DNA from: Octopus sinensis | Lineage: Eukaryota | Reading direction: 5' to 3' | Length of the DNA stretch: 64,000 nucleotides | Assembly (NCBI RefSeq): GCF_006345805.1 | Contig: NC_042998.1 | Coordinates: 118,420,001-118,484,000 of the forward strand | Shown: positions 23,310 to 36,042 of the stretch, piece after piece | Layout of the letters: each line of letters opens with the position of its first letter | Position numbering within the stretch: the stretch's first letter is position 1 | The notes under the pieces: model-generated | The model's input: the letters and a program-made list of their open reading frames with translations, nothing else | Told to the model about the DNA's origin: nothing | Databases searched by the model: none | Program-made: the position numbers and the translations under genes

Positions 23310-24677
23310 TTAGGGGTTTGCTGTTGTTGGTGGTGTTGGTATTTTTTCAGGTGTTGAGTGGTTTTTGGTTGATGATGGATTAGCTTGGTGTGCTTCTCTT
23401 GTCGTCTTCTGTGTTGATGGTGGTGTGGGTAGTAGAGCTTTTTTTCCGGAGTGCTTTGGTTGTGGTAGTGGTTGTTGTTGTTGCTCTTGGTGTGCAGTGG
23501 TTGGGCACGTCTTTTTCAAGTGTGTTTCGCTTCCACACAAATAGCAGCGTAGTCGCCTGCCCTCTACCACTATATAGAGTTTGTAGCCTCCTGGCAGTTC
23601 TATAGCGGTGGGTATCTTCTCTCTTGCTGCTTCATCCAATTGAAGCAGGAATTCGATTGATTTGCCCACATAGTCTTTCTCTCCTAGAACCGCGATTTCA
23701 AGGATGTTTGTCTCTGACATTGTCTCTGTCATTTCAAAGCAGATGGCAGAGACCAACCATTGTGTTTCGACTTCAAGTGGTATGTTTTTTATTTGGACTT
23801 TCGTGACCCTTTTGTTTAAATAGACTGGTATCATTACCAAGTCGTCCGAATGCAGCTCCAATGTGGAAAAACGTTTTGCTAAACTTTCGTTGAGGAAACG
23901 TACTTGGACTGTACCAAATTTGTTTCCCCAACTGATATATTCCTTGGAGTCCCATGCAGGACGAAGGCGTTTTTCGATTTTTTCCTGCGGTGCATTTTCT
24001 GTTCTTCTTGTTTTCTTGTTTATTACTTTATAAATTATTGTTTTTTTTTGTGTGTTTTCCACGATGTGTTGTGGAATGTGAAGGTGCAATTCGTCTCCTT
24101 CTTTGGAGAAGAGTGCCTTTGTACGGTTTATTTCTTGTGTGGTGAATTTTACAATTGTTCTTTTTTGTTTTGTTACGTCCGCAAAATTCGTTTTGAATTT
24201 GGCAGTAGAAGTGTTAATTGTGGCAGTTGAAGTCATGGTAGTGGTGTTGCTGTTGGCGGTATTAGCAGCAGAAGGCTTAGTTGTAGCATTTGACGACGTA
24301 GTAGTGGTGTTGGTGTTGGCGGTGTTGTCTTTGGTAGGCGGCTTTGTGTCAATTTCGTTGTTGTTGTTGTTGGTGGTGATGGTGGTGGCGCTGGCATTCA
24401 TGTTTTCGTTTGTATTCATTTTTGAAATCCCTTTATCCGTCCCTTTATCATCAACAAGTGGTGTGGGGAGTGAGGGGAAATCTAAGTTAACGTCTTTGGT
24501 CGCGGCGATGGTGAATGCGACGTTAGTTTTGTTGTTGTTGTTGGTGGTGGTGGTGGTGATGGTGGTGACAGCGGTGTTCACGCTGCGATGTTTAGCAGCT
24601 AGTGGTAGCAATAGTGTTTTACTACCGTTCTGCATGACTGGCGGGCTAGCCACGTGGTTTCTAGTTGCCATTTTCAA
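23310..24677 (-). CDS. LINE ORF1 (gag-like nucleic-acid-binding protein)
   Basis: 455-aa intact ORF upstream of ORF2, with CYLCGSETHLKKTC (C-x2-C-x4-H-x4-C) and a T/N-rich N-terminus. Confidence 0.8.
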   Translation of the reverse strand: MKMATRNHVASPPVMQNGSKTLLLPLAAKHRSVNTAVTTITTTTTNNNNKTNVAFTIAATKDVNLDFPSLPTPLVDDKGTDKGISKMNTNENMNASATTITTNNNNNEIDTKPPTKDNTANTNTTTTSSNATTKPSAANTANSNTTTMTSTATINTSTAKFKTNFADVTKQKRTIVKFTTQEINRTKALFSKEGDELHLHIPQHIVENTQKKTIIYKVINKKTRRTENAPQEKIEKRLRPAWDSKEYISWGNKFGTVQVRFLNESLAKRFSTLELHSDDLVMIPVYLNKRVTKVQIKNIPLEVETQWLVSAICFEMTETMSETNILEIAVLGEKDYVGKSIEFLLQLDEAAREKIPTAIELPGGYKLYIVVEGRRLRCYLCGSETHLKKTCPTTAHQEQQQQPLPQPKHSGKKALLPTPPSTQKTTREAHQANPSSTKNHSTPEKIPTPPTTANP

Positions 24678-24880
24678 AATGAAAAATGGCTAAAAAACCA
24701 ACGAAAGTTTTGAAAGTTTCTGGTAATTTCGCCCATACAGGGGCGGAATTCTACGTGAATAATTCTCAGGTTTTTTAGTGAATGAACTTGCACAACGATT
24801 AAAACAAAATATTTGACAAGGAGTTTTAAACATGTAAAAGTGGCCAACTTACGTGGAGCCGATATGACTAGCGTCCGTCC

Positions 24881-24952
<72 letters not shown>
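24881..24952. repeat. (GATA)n microsatellite at the 5' end of the Tx1-like LINE
   Basis: Direct reading. Confidence 0.95.
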
Positions 24953-24953
<1 letters not shown>

Positions 24954-25129
24954 ATCTTACTTGGAAAAGGATGCGTGGCGTTCGATCATATAACAATATA
25001 AATAATATATAAATATATGCATATATACATATGTGTGTATATTTGCATATATTTATATATTATTTATAGTGTTATATACAGGGCACTGTCTTGGGACCAC
25101 TGCTTTTTATAGTGGCCCTCTCAGATATG

Positions 25130-26115
25130 CCCGGATAGCCACTCGGGCAAGCTATGCAGATGATACGAAAAATCTCGCAGAAAATACAGAATCCCAGCAA
25201 TGTTGCACACATGCAGCAGGAGTTGGACTCAATTTACAGATGGACTGAGGAAAATAATATGCAGTTTAATGATGAAAAATGTCAAGCCCTGCGCTACCAG
25301 CATCCACAACTGAATATGAATCTTTCAGGGTACACCTGTCAACAGAGAATTTCAATCCCAGAGCCTAAGTCAGTGAGGGACCTGGGTATCAACATGAGTG
25401 ATGATACCTCTTTCCATGTGCACATTACCAGGATGGTGACAAAGTGCAGACGACTGGCTGGATGGATCCTAAGAACATTCAGAATCAGAGATAAGGAAAC
25501 CATGATGGTGCTCTGGCGGACATTCGTCCTCAGCTGCCTGGATTACTGCTCACTGTATGGTCACCCACCAGTGTGAAATTAAGAGCGGACCTTGAAGCAA
25601 TCCAGAGAAGATTCAGAAAGTAGATTGTCTCTTTGAAACAGCTCAGCTACTGGGAAAGGTTAAAACAGCTAAGACTCTACTCCCCGGAGAGAATGCGGAA
25701 GAAGTGTGCAGTAATATATCTCTGGAAGATCCTGGAAGGAATTGTGCCAAATTTTGGTATTGAAAGCTACACCAATGCCAGAACGGGAAGGCACTTCATA
25801 GTGCCAAAGGTCCCAGCAATGCCATCACGCTTCAGGACCAGTTACTGCAACATCCTAGGTTTTAAGGGCCCACAGCTTTTTAATATTCTCCCAAAGAGTC
25901 TGAGGAACTTGCAGTAGGGGTTTTAAAATCAAAGCTAGATCTCTTTCTGTCGAGAGTCCCAGATGAACCTACCTCACGGCAATAGGTGCAGATGAGGGTA
26001 GCTATATCAAACTCCATTCTTCACCAAGTGCCAGACATTACAGGAGGCTCTCAGTAATAACAGAGTCGCAAAACGGTGGTGCATCAGCATGGCCGCCGCT
26101 CTGAGCTGAAACTAG
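25130..26115 (+). mobile_element. 5'-truncated CR1-like LINE (RT C-terminal part and 3' UTR)
   Basis: YADDTK at 25153, QQELDSIYRWTEENNMQFNDEKC, VRDLG, LDYCS, LSYWERLKQLRLYS, GPQLFNILP, FKSKLD; frameshifted. Confidence 0.85.
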
Positions 26116-26229
26116 AGAATATATATATTACTTTCGCGCATGTGCATTGTTTGTTTTGTATTTTGTCGACTACACAGTATCATAGGGTCCGTTGAGCACT
26201 GTCTGTGGGTAAAATAGCACCATTGTGCA

Positions 26230-27218
26230 ATTCACTCTACCAGAAATTTGGGAAATACATGCTGTACTGCTTGGCATTCGCACCAGAAACTCCAATATGA
26301 ACATTTCTCAGGACAGTGCAGAGGATTCGGAAACGGTTGGATGAGTTCAATGATAATTACGAACGTACGGCAGCCAGGAAAACTCAATCTGATCGTTCTG
26401 ATAAGAAATGAACACCTGAATTTGTTGGTGAGATCCAGGTCATAATCGACAACAATCCCTCCAAATCAATCAGGTCCATCGCTAGGGACATGGGAGTGTC
26501 TGAGCTTCTTATCAGGCAGGTAGTGCAAGACGACATTCTGTTTTCCTCATACAAGATGAGAAAGAGCTAATTTGTATCACAAGCCGTCAAAGAAAAGAGT
26601 AAAGAGCGCGCTAGGAGGCTTTTGAACAAACTCAATTGATCCCCTCCAACCGAACGGGCTTTGGTTTTTCTCAGACAAGAAAATTTCTGCCAGGGTATAG
26701 ATGGGGAACACACAGAACAACTTGCACTGCTGTGTCCCCAAAACATCTACCGAGAGTTATAAATATTTAACATCCAGTTAACATCATAGTGTTTAGAGTG
26801 GTGACTAGTGATGGCGAAGTTACACCTCCATTCATCTTCCTATACGGCCTTAGACTTGACACACCAAGTTTCAACGTCAAGTGCTGTTGTGGGTCAGGAG
26901 GATGGCTGCTGAAAGACCCTGTGTCTGGCAACACGGCCCAGCAGAATGCAGTCATAGCTGTCAGATAATTTCTGCGACCACATCACCACTAAAATCTGAC
27001 TACATAAGTCCCTAGACTGCCGCCCCATTGATTATTATGTGTGGGACGCAGTTGAGCGAGACAGCAACAAAACGCCTTGTAATACCAAAGATGAACTGAA
27101 GGCAAGGATTGTGGAAGCATTCACTAACTTAAGCAAGCAGACAATCCAGAAAAGTTGCAGGAGATTCCAAAATCGTGTGTAGACTATAGTTGCAGCCAAT
27201 GGCGATTTTATTGAATAA
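26230..27218 (+). mobile_element. Tc1/mariner-superfamily transposase pseudogene
   Basis: HTH-like PSKSIRSIARDMGVSE, WFFSD, PPFIF, C(R)PIDYYVWDAVE and ANGDFIE* C-terminus; many stops and indels; TIRs not identified. Confidence 0.8.
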
Positions 27219-27271
27219 AGGTACTCTTTAGTATTTCAAGATATTTTTATGTAATTTTGGTAAATATAGGC

Positions 27272-27348
27272 AAAGGATGAAGGCGCATGTCTTAGTGGTT
27301 AGGGCATTCGACTCAGCATTGTAAGGTCGTGAGTTCAATTCACAGCGA
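27272..27348 (+). mobile_element. tRNA-like SINE head fragment
   Basis: A-box-like TTAGTGGTTAGGGC and B-box-like GAGTTCAATTC; no complete cloverleaf. Confidence 0.55.
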
Positions 27349-27508
27349 CAAATATACATATTTGAAAGTCTATGAAGATTTCTTAATTCGGTTTTTGAAG
27401 TGTAGAGGTGATTTCTTAAAAGAAATTATCTTTTTAAAAAATCTCGTGAAATCTGCTATTAGGATGTCACCGGTTTTGGTGTCAATGTTTTCGTTAAACT
27501 TTTTGAAA

Positions 27509-27600
<92 letters not shown>

Positions 27601-27619
27601 GATAGCGATAGATAGATAT

Positions 27620-27701
<82 letters not shown>

Positions 27702-27789
27702 GATAGATAGATCGGTAGCCACTACACACATTTGTTTCTCTCCTTTCTTCTCTCCTTGCTTCTCTCCTTGTTTCTCTCCTTGTTTCTTT

Positions 27790-27925
27790 CTGTGTTCCTT
27801 TATGTAGAAGGGCGTAGGCTCGAAACATGAAAGACTTTTTTCACTTCCTGAGCGTTATATTGATACATCTGTTTGTTTTCTACACCACCTGTCTACGTCT
27901 TTTGTGCTTTCGTGAACTCTACCTA
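27790..27925 (+). mobile_element. Degenerate Penelope-type terminal repeat fragment
   Basis: Shares GCTCGAAAC and TTCCTGAGCGT with the minus-strand element at 62020-62200; the CUGANGA half is decayed. Confidence 0.4.
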
Positions 27926-29527
27926 TATATACACACACTCAATTATACAAGTATATGTATACATGCATATACGTGTGTGTGTGTGTATGCGTGTGCGCGT
28001 GTGCATGTTGTGTGGTAATCGTAAAGCTGTAACTCAACAATATGTATTCTTGATATATTCCCCAGCCATATCCATATACATATCAACTACAGGCATTTTG
28101 TGCCATTGCTGCAATTCACTTAGTACCAAATTCTTGCATGTGTGTTCAGTTTCGCTATTTCCCTTTTAGTCATTTTAACGCTCTTTTTCCATACTTCAAG
28201 ATTCGCATGCAAATAATTTAATAAAGAGATATGCAAGCTGCTGTACTGATTCCATTATTACAAGATATTTCAGTTTAAACTAACTACTACACTTGATTTG
28301 CGAGATATAGTATTCTGTCAAAAATGATCAGCTAATTGCTATGCTTAATTTGTAGAATATAGTTTGTCTGTTGTAACATTTTCAGCTCGTGTGTATGGGC
28401 AACTTTTATGTAGCCACTGCGTATCACATCTGGATATTTAGCTCGTCTAGCTCGTCTATGTTTATTGTCATTTCCATCCCATTCGTTTTCCTTCTTAATT
28501 TTGTATTTAATGCTGTTGACGCATACGTATCATTGTGATTTTAATAAATTTTCACAGAAAATCCTTTTTATTCCTAACACATTTTGAAGTTTTGAGCCTA
28601 TCTCTCTAAAATGATGAACAGATACTAAGCATGCGTAGCTTTAAGTAATATACTTTTGTAATACACAATAGCATTTGCTTACTTACAATTAACCACAACA
28701 AAAGTATTTCGCTTTCCTTATGAACTTTGCATTATAGTGACAAGCGTTATAGAAATTCCAACTTTGTATATTGAACGGAACTCAAGGATTTATGAACTAA
28801 AACGCGTTAGTGAAATCAATAAATATAAGAACAATGGATCTGAACCATACCGTTCTATGTTGTTCCAATAGACCCATTTTAACACATGTATTTGCTTCGG
28901 ACAACTTCCGAAGGCTGAAAAGCTATATTGTGTAGTGAACAATAAGTCGTCAACCATTGATCGTATTCTAACAAAGGGCAGTTGAATAATTTTATTCACT
29001 GATTTATGGGTGTAATTCCGAGCTCGGTGATCATATACGGATGCTTTTCTTTCTTTGAGAAAATGTTTTATTACGCATTTGCAAACATCGAGTATGATAC
29101 AACTTTCACAATTTTGGTTATAAATTTTAGGAATCTTCTTTTCAAGCTTTCTCTGCATTACATGTTTGCTTCGATGGCCGTCCGAGAAATTAGATCAGCA
29201 AATTTTTTGTTGCAGAGATGAATTTATATTGCTCTTAGAATTTATATTGCTCTTAGAATTCACAATATGAGGAATATTGTAAATCTATATTATATATTAA
29301 ACATCTCTCAATCAAACATTGAGTCGCGGGAGGGCTTTGTTACAAAGTACTTAATGTATTCTTACCATGAGTGTAGCCTAACCCCGCCGCCATGAATGTT
29401 TTTCAGTAGTACGCCTCTAACAGTATTCTTGCGACCACATTGTAGCTACTCATTCTATAGAAACTCATTTTCCTCACATCACAGTAGAGCATTTATAGAG
29501 AAAAGAGAATGCATCGTATTCTTGTAG

Positions 29528-29695
29528 AAGTTGGAAGAATTGTTAGAATACTGGACAAAGTGCTTAGCGGTATTTCTTCCAGCTTTACATTCTGAGTTCA
29601 GAGTCCACCGAGATCGACTATGGCTTTCTTTCCTTCAGGATCGATAATATATCATACTTACCAGTTAAGCCCTAGGCTCGATGAAATCGTCTACA
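29528..29695 (+). mobile_element. Degenerate tRNA-derived SINE
   Basis: GCTTAGCGGTATTTC..TTCTGAGTTCAGAGTCCACCGAG, same family as 7150-7393. Confidence 0.65.
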
Positions 29696-30337
29696 CTCTG
29701 CCCCAAAGTGTCATTCATTGCGCCTATAGTAGAAAGAATTATCTAGCTCTATGTGGCTCAATTGTAAAACAAAGCAATCTTGTCGTCCTTAATCTGTCAG
29801 TTCTGATCTCGAATTAAGCAGCAATAAAAGTAATCCCTTCGTGTATATAAAATAAGTTTTGTTGACGTCGTTTAGAGTATGATGCACGTATATGTCTCTT
29901 TGACTAATTATCATTCTAGATTGGTAGATTTCAAGATAGAGCAATAAGAGAATGCACATCCTAGAATAAAAAAACTTCGACCTCCGATGGGATAATAGAC
30001 ATTGCACAATCATGTACTATGCATTCTATTACTAAGCAAACATGTTCAGCATTTCCAAAATGATAAATAGATACGTGCATGTGATTATACACTGCCTTTT
30101 AACACATTCGGTACTGCACTTTAGTACGAAGTTTACTATGTTCACAAACAGATCAACGCTTATATTGTAAAATTTGATTGATGCAAACATTATGTACGCA
30201 TGCTGGCTATAACTGTCAATCTATGTATATAGGTATTAATCTATTTATATATCAACCTATCAGTCTATCTATCTAAAGTATCATATAGATAGATAGAGAG
30301 ATAGATATAGATAGATGGATAGATAGATAGATAGATG

Positions 30338-30399
<62 letters not shown>

Positions 30400-30877
30400 A
30401 TGTAATATAGTGGCACCCATTTATCTCGTAAGACTAAAATGCTGCTTCTACGTCTTAAAACTATTGCTTCGGTCTTGATGGCAAAGTATCCCCTGCTATG
30501 TCTATAGAAGCCAGAGATTCACATGTAAGTGACGCCCTCCTTTTCGTCTAGGCTTTCTTCAACAAATTTCGACCACTCCTCTCATTTTTGAAAATGTTGT
30601 CTAGTTTCGTCTAATCTTCACCTGTTAATGTTTTATGGTGTGCAAATTATGATATACGACGGGCTCCTTTCAGTTTCAATCTACTAACTCGACTCACAAG
30701 CCTCTTACCACACAGCCACGCCTGCAACCATATATATATATATATACAGAGAGAGAGAGAGACAGACAGAGACAGAGAGCCAGAAACAGAGAGACAGGCA
30801 GACAGACAGACAGGCAGGCAGAGACAGAGAGACAGACAGTGACAGAGAGCCAGAAACAGACAGACAGACAGACAGAC

Positions 30878-30949
<72 letters not shown>

Positions 30950-33036
30950 GCATATACACAAAACATATACATATGTATGTGTTTATGTATGTAGGTATGT
31001 ATGTATGAATGTATGCATGCATGCATGCATGCATGTATGTATGTATGTATGTATGTATGTATGTATGTGCATTTTAAAAAATCTTTTAGTTTTTTTTCCG
31101 GTTTTCAGTTCTTCCACATCTGACAAACAGTGGAGCATAATTTTGAATGGTCCTTTTATCAAATCACTCTGAGGACTTATTTAAAGCGCGATAATTGTTT
31201 TAGCGGTTTATATTTCTCATGAAATATAAAGAAACCAACAACGGTCGGTAATCAGTATCATGTACTTACGTAATTAAACTAATATAAGCACATACATATA
31301 TTGGCGCATACAAACACACACATTCACATGTGCGCGCCATATTCACTCACACAGCATTGATCAGCACATTGTTATAGCCCCTACCTTTTCATGCCATGGT
31401 ACTGAATCCAAATCTACAAAGTTTCGAACCTTTTAATCATACAGCTAATATGAACCTATTGTTCACCTGCCCTGTATTTCCTAATAAATTTTACTTCACA
31501 TCTACTGGTTGTTCTGTACAAAGCTGTATATGCTAAACTTTAGATACATTTAGTCACTAGTGAAACAATTGAAATGAAAATATTTAACACTTCTACGTTT
31601 GATTTGTAAAGTAACTTATGACAACTTGTTTATTTACTTTAACATCATAAAATTATTTGAACTGACTTATTGCTGATGGTCTTTTATGTATAGTTTCATA
31701 AATCCTTAACTTTGAGAATTTCAACTGACCATAAATAGAATATGACATTGGAAAGCTAATAATGACTGTGCATCCAATTAGCATTCAATAAAATTTCAAT
31801 GGCATTCTTGTGAACGGCATAACTAAAAATGGCATTGTTGATTAATTAATGTTAAAATAAAATTATGTAAAACTCATAACCGAAGCATTTGAATTATTCA
31901 ATCTTGAGCAGTTAAAAATATCAAAAGCTTCGAGTCTGAAATTCTATAGATATGAGGTATGGCTTAGTAAATTAGGAGCGGCGAGTGACAATAGTAATTG
32001 CTGTGTATAATGGAAGTTGATCAAGTAGTGCGGTTAAGAATGCCGATAATGGACGGACATCACCGAGGTCAGTTTAAGTCAGTTTATTATTTCATATTCC
32101 TGGTGAGTGCAGAGTCTTATTGATTTTTCTATAATGAATGTCGAAGATCTACTTAACGAGCTGCTACACTTGACGTTCATTACAAATTTACTACACTAGC
32201 CGTTCGGCATAATATTAAGTTGACTGCTTTCTAGAAGATTTACAACTCTTTTACGATAACAAAATCTGAAAGATAACCAGTCTGATCATCAGCAAAATAA
32301 TCAGCATTGTCAGTAAGAGTAACATAAATACTCTTCTTCTTTCCTCTACTACCATCTCATTGTCATTAACCCCTACAAGTACGACACCCACCAACATCTT
32401 CACCACTCTTATAATGAATAGACACATGATCATCATCGGTATCATCCACATTATTCTCATTGTCATCTTCGTCTTCACCATCATCGTTACCATCACATAC
32501 TTCATAAGAGACCCAATGGAGAAGCATCTATAGGATCCCCTGAACTACATTTAATTACTCAACATAAATTTAGTATTTATTCTCATCAGAACAATAACTA
32601 CAACAGCAACAAAAGAAATTTAAAATAAGCAAAAGCAACGTTCACCAACAGCGAAATATCTATGTTCAAATATCTAGAGATACCTACTCTCCAGCAAATG
32701 ACTCTTTATCTTCTTGTCTCAAATATGGAAATCAAAAACAAACATGGGATAATATAGTCATACAGCGTATAAATGTTGGGATATGTGCTGGAATACCTTT
32801 AATCACGGGTACTCTCGGTAAGAATTAACTGAGTGAAACAACAACAATAACTACACTAACATGATCAGCTCCTACGCAATACTAGATGCAATTTAAATAT
32901 GAAGCTACATTGATAAGCTATCTTTTATTTTAATTATTTTAATATTTTTTAATAGAATTTCATAGAATAAAATTTAATTATTACTCGTTTACAGACTCAT
33001 AAACTTATAGATGTTAGTATGGTATAACCAACTCCT

Positions 33037-33453
33037 AGGCGTAGGAGTGGCTGTGTGGTACCACATGGTTCCGGGTTCAGTCCCACTGCATGGCACCTTG
33101 GGCAAGTGTCTTCTGCTATAGCCTCGGGCCGCGCAAAGCCTTATGAGTGGATTTGGTAGATGGAAACTGAAAGAAGCCCGTCGTGTATATGTACATATAT
33201 ATATATAAATGTGTGTGTGTGTGTGTGTGTATGTGTGTGTTTGTTTGTGTGTCTCTGTTTGTCCCACCCCCTCAGCATCGCTTGACAACCAATGCTGGTG
33301 TGCTTACGTCCCGATAACTTAACGGTTCGGCAAAACAGACCGATAGAATAAGTACTAGGCTTACAAAGAATAAGTCCTTGGGTCGATTTGGTCGACTAAA
33401 GGCGGTGCTCCAGCATGGCCAAGGTCAAACGACTGAAACAAGTAAAAGAGTAA
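33037..33453 (+). mobile_element. tRNA-derived SINE
   Basis: AGGCGTAGGAGTGGCTGTGTGG..GGGTTCAGTCCCAC, GATAGAATAAGTAC core, CCAGCATGGCC..CTGAAACAAGTAAAAGAG tail. Confidence 0.9.
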
Positions 33454-35648
33454 ACTGCAAATGTCTCAACCGAAAGAATGGATAGTGTTCCAGGGAGAAT
33501 TTACCGTGTTTTCTAGTGGATCAACTGACACTATAAGAAGTCTCATTGTTCACGCAAAGAAAGAGTTTCAGAATATGGTCAATATTGATTTGGTAATAGT
33601 TCTCCTGATTTGTGCCAATTTCTCACTTCAGCTGCATTCTTAATTTACTAAACCAAATTAACTTATAGTAACGTGGGTTCCAGCCCGCTGCGTGTTGTGT
33701 GTCAATGCATTATAATTTATGAAAATTATTCCCTTTCTGAAACAATATTATTAGTCAAGTACGAAAGATGATAAAGTCCAGGTAATAAGTTTAAAAAGGG
33801 ACAAAATGCAGCGATGAGGTAGACTGATCTTTGACTGGGCGGTGACAGCTCTGACATAATGAATAGTAAGAATGTAGGATTGCACTAACTGACCACTGAG
33901 TAGCATGTTAACTTAAATGAAAGTGAAATACATTCTAGTGCGTCAACAGGTTGAATAACGAAGTACTTACTGATTGACTCCCATAAGGTGGATATCAATA
34001 CAGTGAGTACAAAAACGGAATACGGTCACACTATATGTGAACGACTAACCAGATCTTTAAGATGCGTTATTAACCAATAATATAGGGCATTTGTTACATA
34101 TTTTTAAGTATAATAAATAAGTATGTTTATCAAACTTAAAATTTACAGACATTTGCATACTTATGGTTGGAGTATCAGAAGTTTGCATAAATGTTCATGA
34201 TGTTTATACACAAGCATACATAAAATATATTATATATATTCATACATAAAATATATCGAAGTAATTTTATACTAATTTTGTAAAATTTAGTAAAATATTG
34301 CTTTACCCATAACGGTGCCACTTGAAAATATTATATCTCTACTTGCAATGAAGATACTTATCTCGTATACACCTCATAGTTATTTAATTCCGTACGAGAG
34401 CTTGTGCGCCAACACATGGATGGCATCTAAGCAGATAATTAAATGTAGTAGAACAACAACTGTTATATTCTGATCGTATCGTACTTACCCGGTTCCTCTG
34501 TCACTACCATATGAATCTATGTACGGAAACAAAGTAATGAGCAAGCAGCTTAATTCTCACCAGCCTACAAGAATTAGCAACGACGTTTCCTCTAAAATAT
34601 TCCCTACTGTCTGTATGATGACAAAATAAATAATTAACATAGCCCGGCGTATTACTGAAGGAAATATAGAATGCTCAGCCCTTCATCGTATTTTATTCAG
34701 AGATCTGTTTGTTCCTGACTAACTTAACAAGAGCAATATCAACACGATTTATACTTACAAAAAGAACAACGAGCATACACAAGTGAACTGGGAACTGGAC
34801 TGAATATATATCCTAAATGTCACATTATGTTCCAAAGAATTCCCTACCCCTTGTGGAAATGTTTAATATTGATCTCGGCCTGACAGATGCAAGGTGTAGC
34901 TGGAATAATAGTTACATTTGTAGCTGGAATAATAGTTACTTTAGTTACATTTGCTGGTTAGGCTGATCAATGAAGCAGGCTTCAGCGCCACACACACTAA
35001 CAATTTCTGAAATTTGATGAAGCATTGGAGATGATATCTGGAACTTAAATTAACTACATCTATTTTCGTAGATCTTATTCCAACAGTTAAAATTTCAATT
35101 TCCTTGTTGCAAATACTTTGATGATCTGTAAAAAAATTAATCTTCGAAACCATTTACTGTTAATTATGAGACAGTATTTGTTTATTGCCTGGAGGTTAAA
35201 ACCGTCACTGTGCTATAGCTCCCATTCTTGTTTAAATATATTTTACTCGCTTTCACCTAATAACATTTGTAAAATAGGCATTAATTTATTTCTTCATAAA
35301 GTATTTATGGTCTGCTTTCAGTCAATCATACCTAATAAGGGACATTTTTTTAGTATTCGTTGGTTTAAACACCACAGAGACAACCTGAATTTTTTAACGT
35401 CCATGTATCATTTTTTTTTTAAATCTCTTTTTTCTTTATTTGTACATTATTCAGTCAAAATTACATTTAGGAAGACCGGTAAGAGTACTATAAGATGTGA
35501 GATGTAACAATTGTATACAACTATTTTATAGTATTGAAGGATTTCGATAAATCACAATCTTGAAAAGAAATGTGTAAGTTACTCATAATTACATGTACAA
35601 TTTTATGAGGAAATGTGATAGTTGAAATTAATATAGGCACTCATAAAT

Positions 35649-36042
35649 CCTTTCTATTGGAAGCACAATGCCTCAGATTTGGTGGGAAGGGATTAAAGCG
35701 ATTACATCGACTCCAGTGTGTAACAGGTACTTATTTACTCGACTTCTGAAACGATAAAATGCAAAGTCGACACCGGCGGAATTTGAACGTAGCGACAGAC
35801 GAAATACCTATTTCTTTATTGCCCACAAGGGGCTAAACATACAGGGGACAAACAAGGACAGACAAAGGGATTAAGTCGATTACATCTACCCCAGTGCGTA
35901 ATTGTTACTTAATTTATCGACTCCTAAATGGAGAAAGGCAAAGTCGACCTCGGCGGAATTTGAACTCAGAACTTAACGGTAGACGAAATACGGCTACGCA
36001 TTTCGTCCGGCGTGCTAACGTTTCTGCCAGCTCGCTGCCTTT
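35649..36042 (-). mobile_element. Dimeric tRNA-derived SINE with 15-bp target-site duplication
   Basis: Two head/core modules in tandem; TAGGCACTCATAAAT at 35634-35648 and 36043-36057. Confidence 0.85.

Noticed and set aside
24950-24990. U2/U5 snRNA-like sequence as the Tx1 target
   Set aside because: Only a short CCTTTT..AAGAT resemblance; the rest of the snRNA is absent, and the second copy has no such flank.
27272-27348. Functional tRNA gene
   Set aside because: A/B-box-like motifs are present but no acceptor stem; matches SINE heads.
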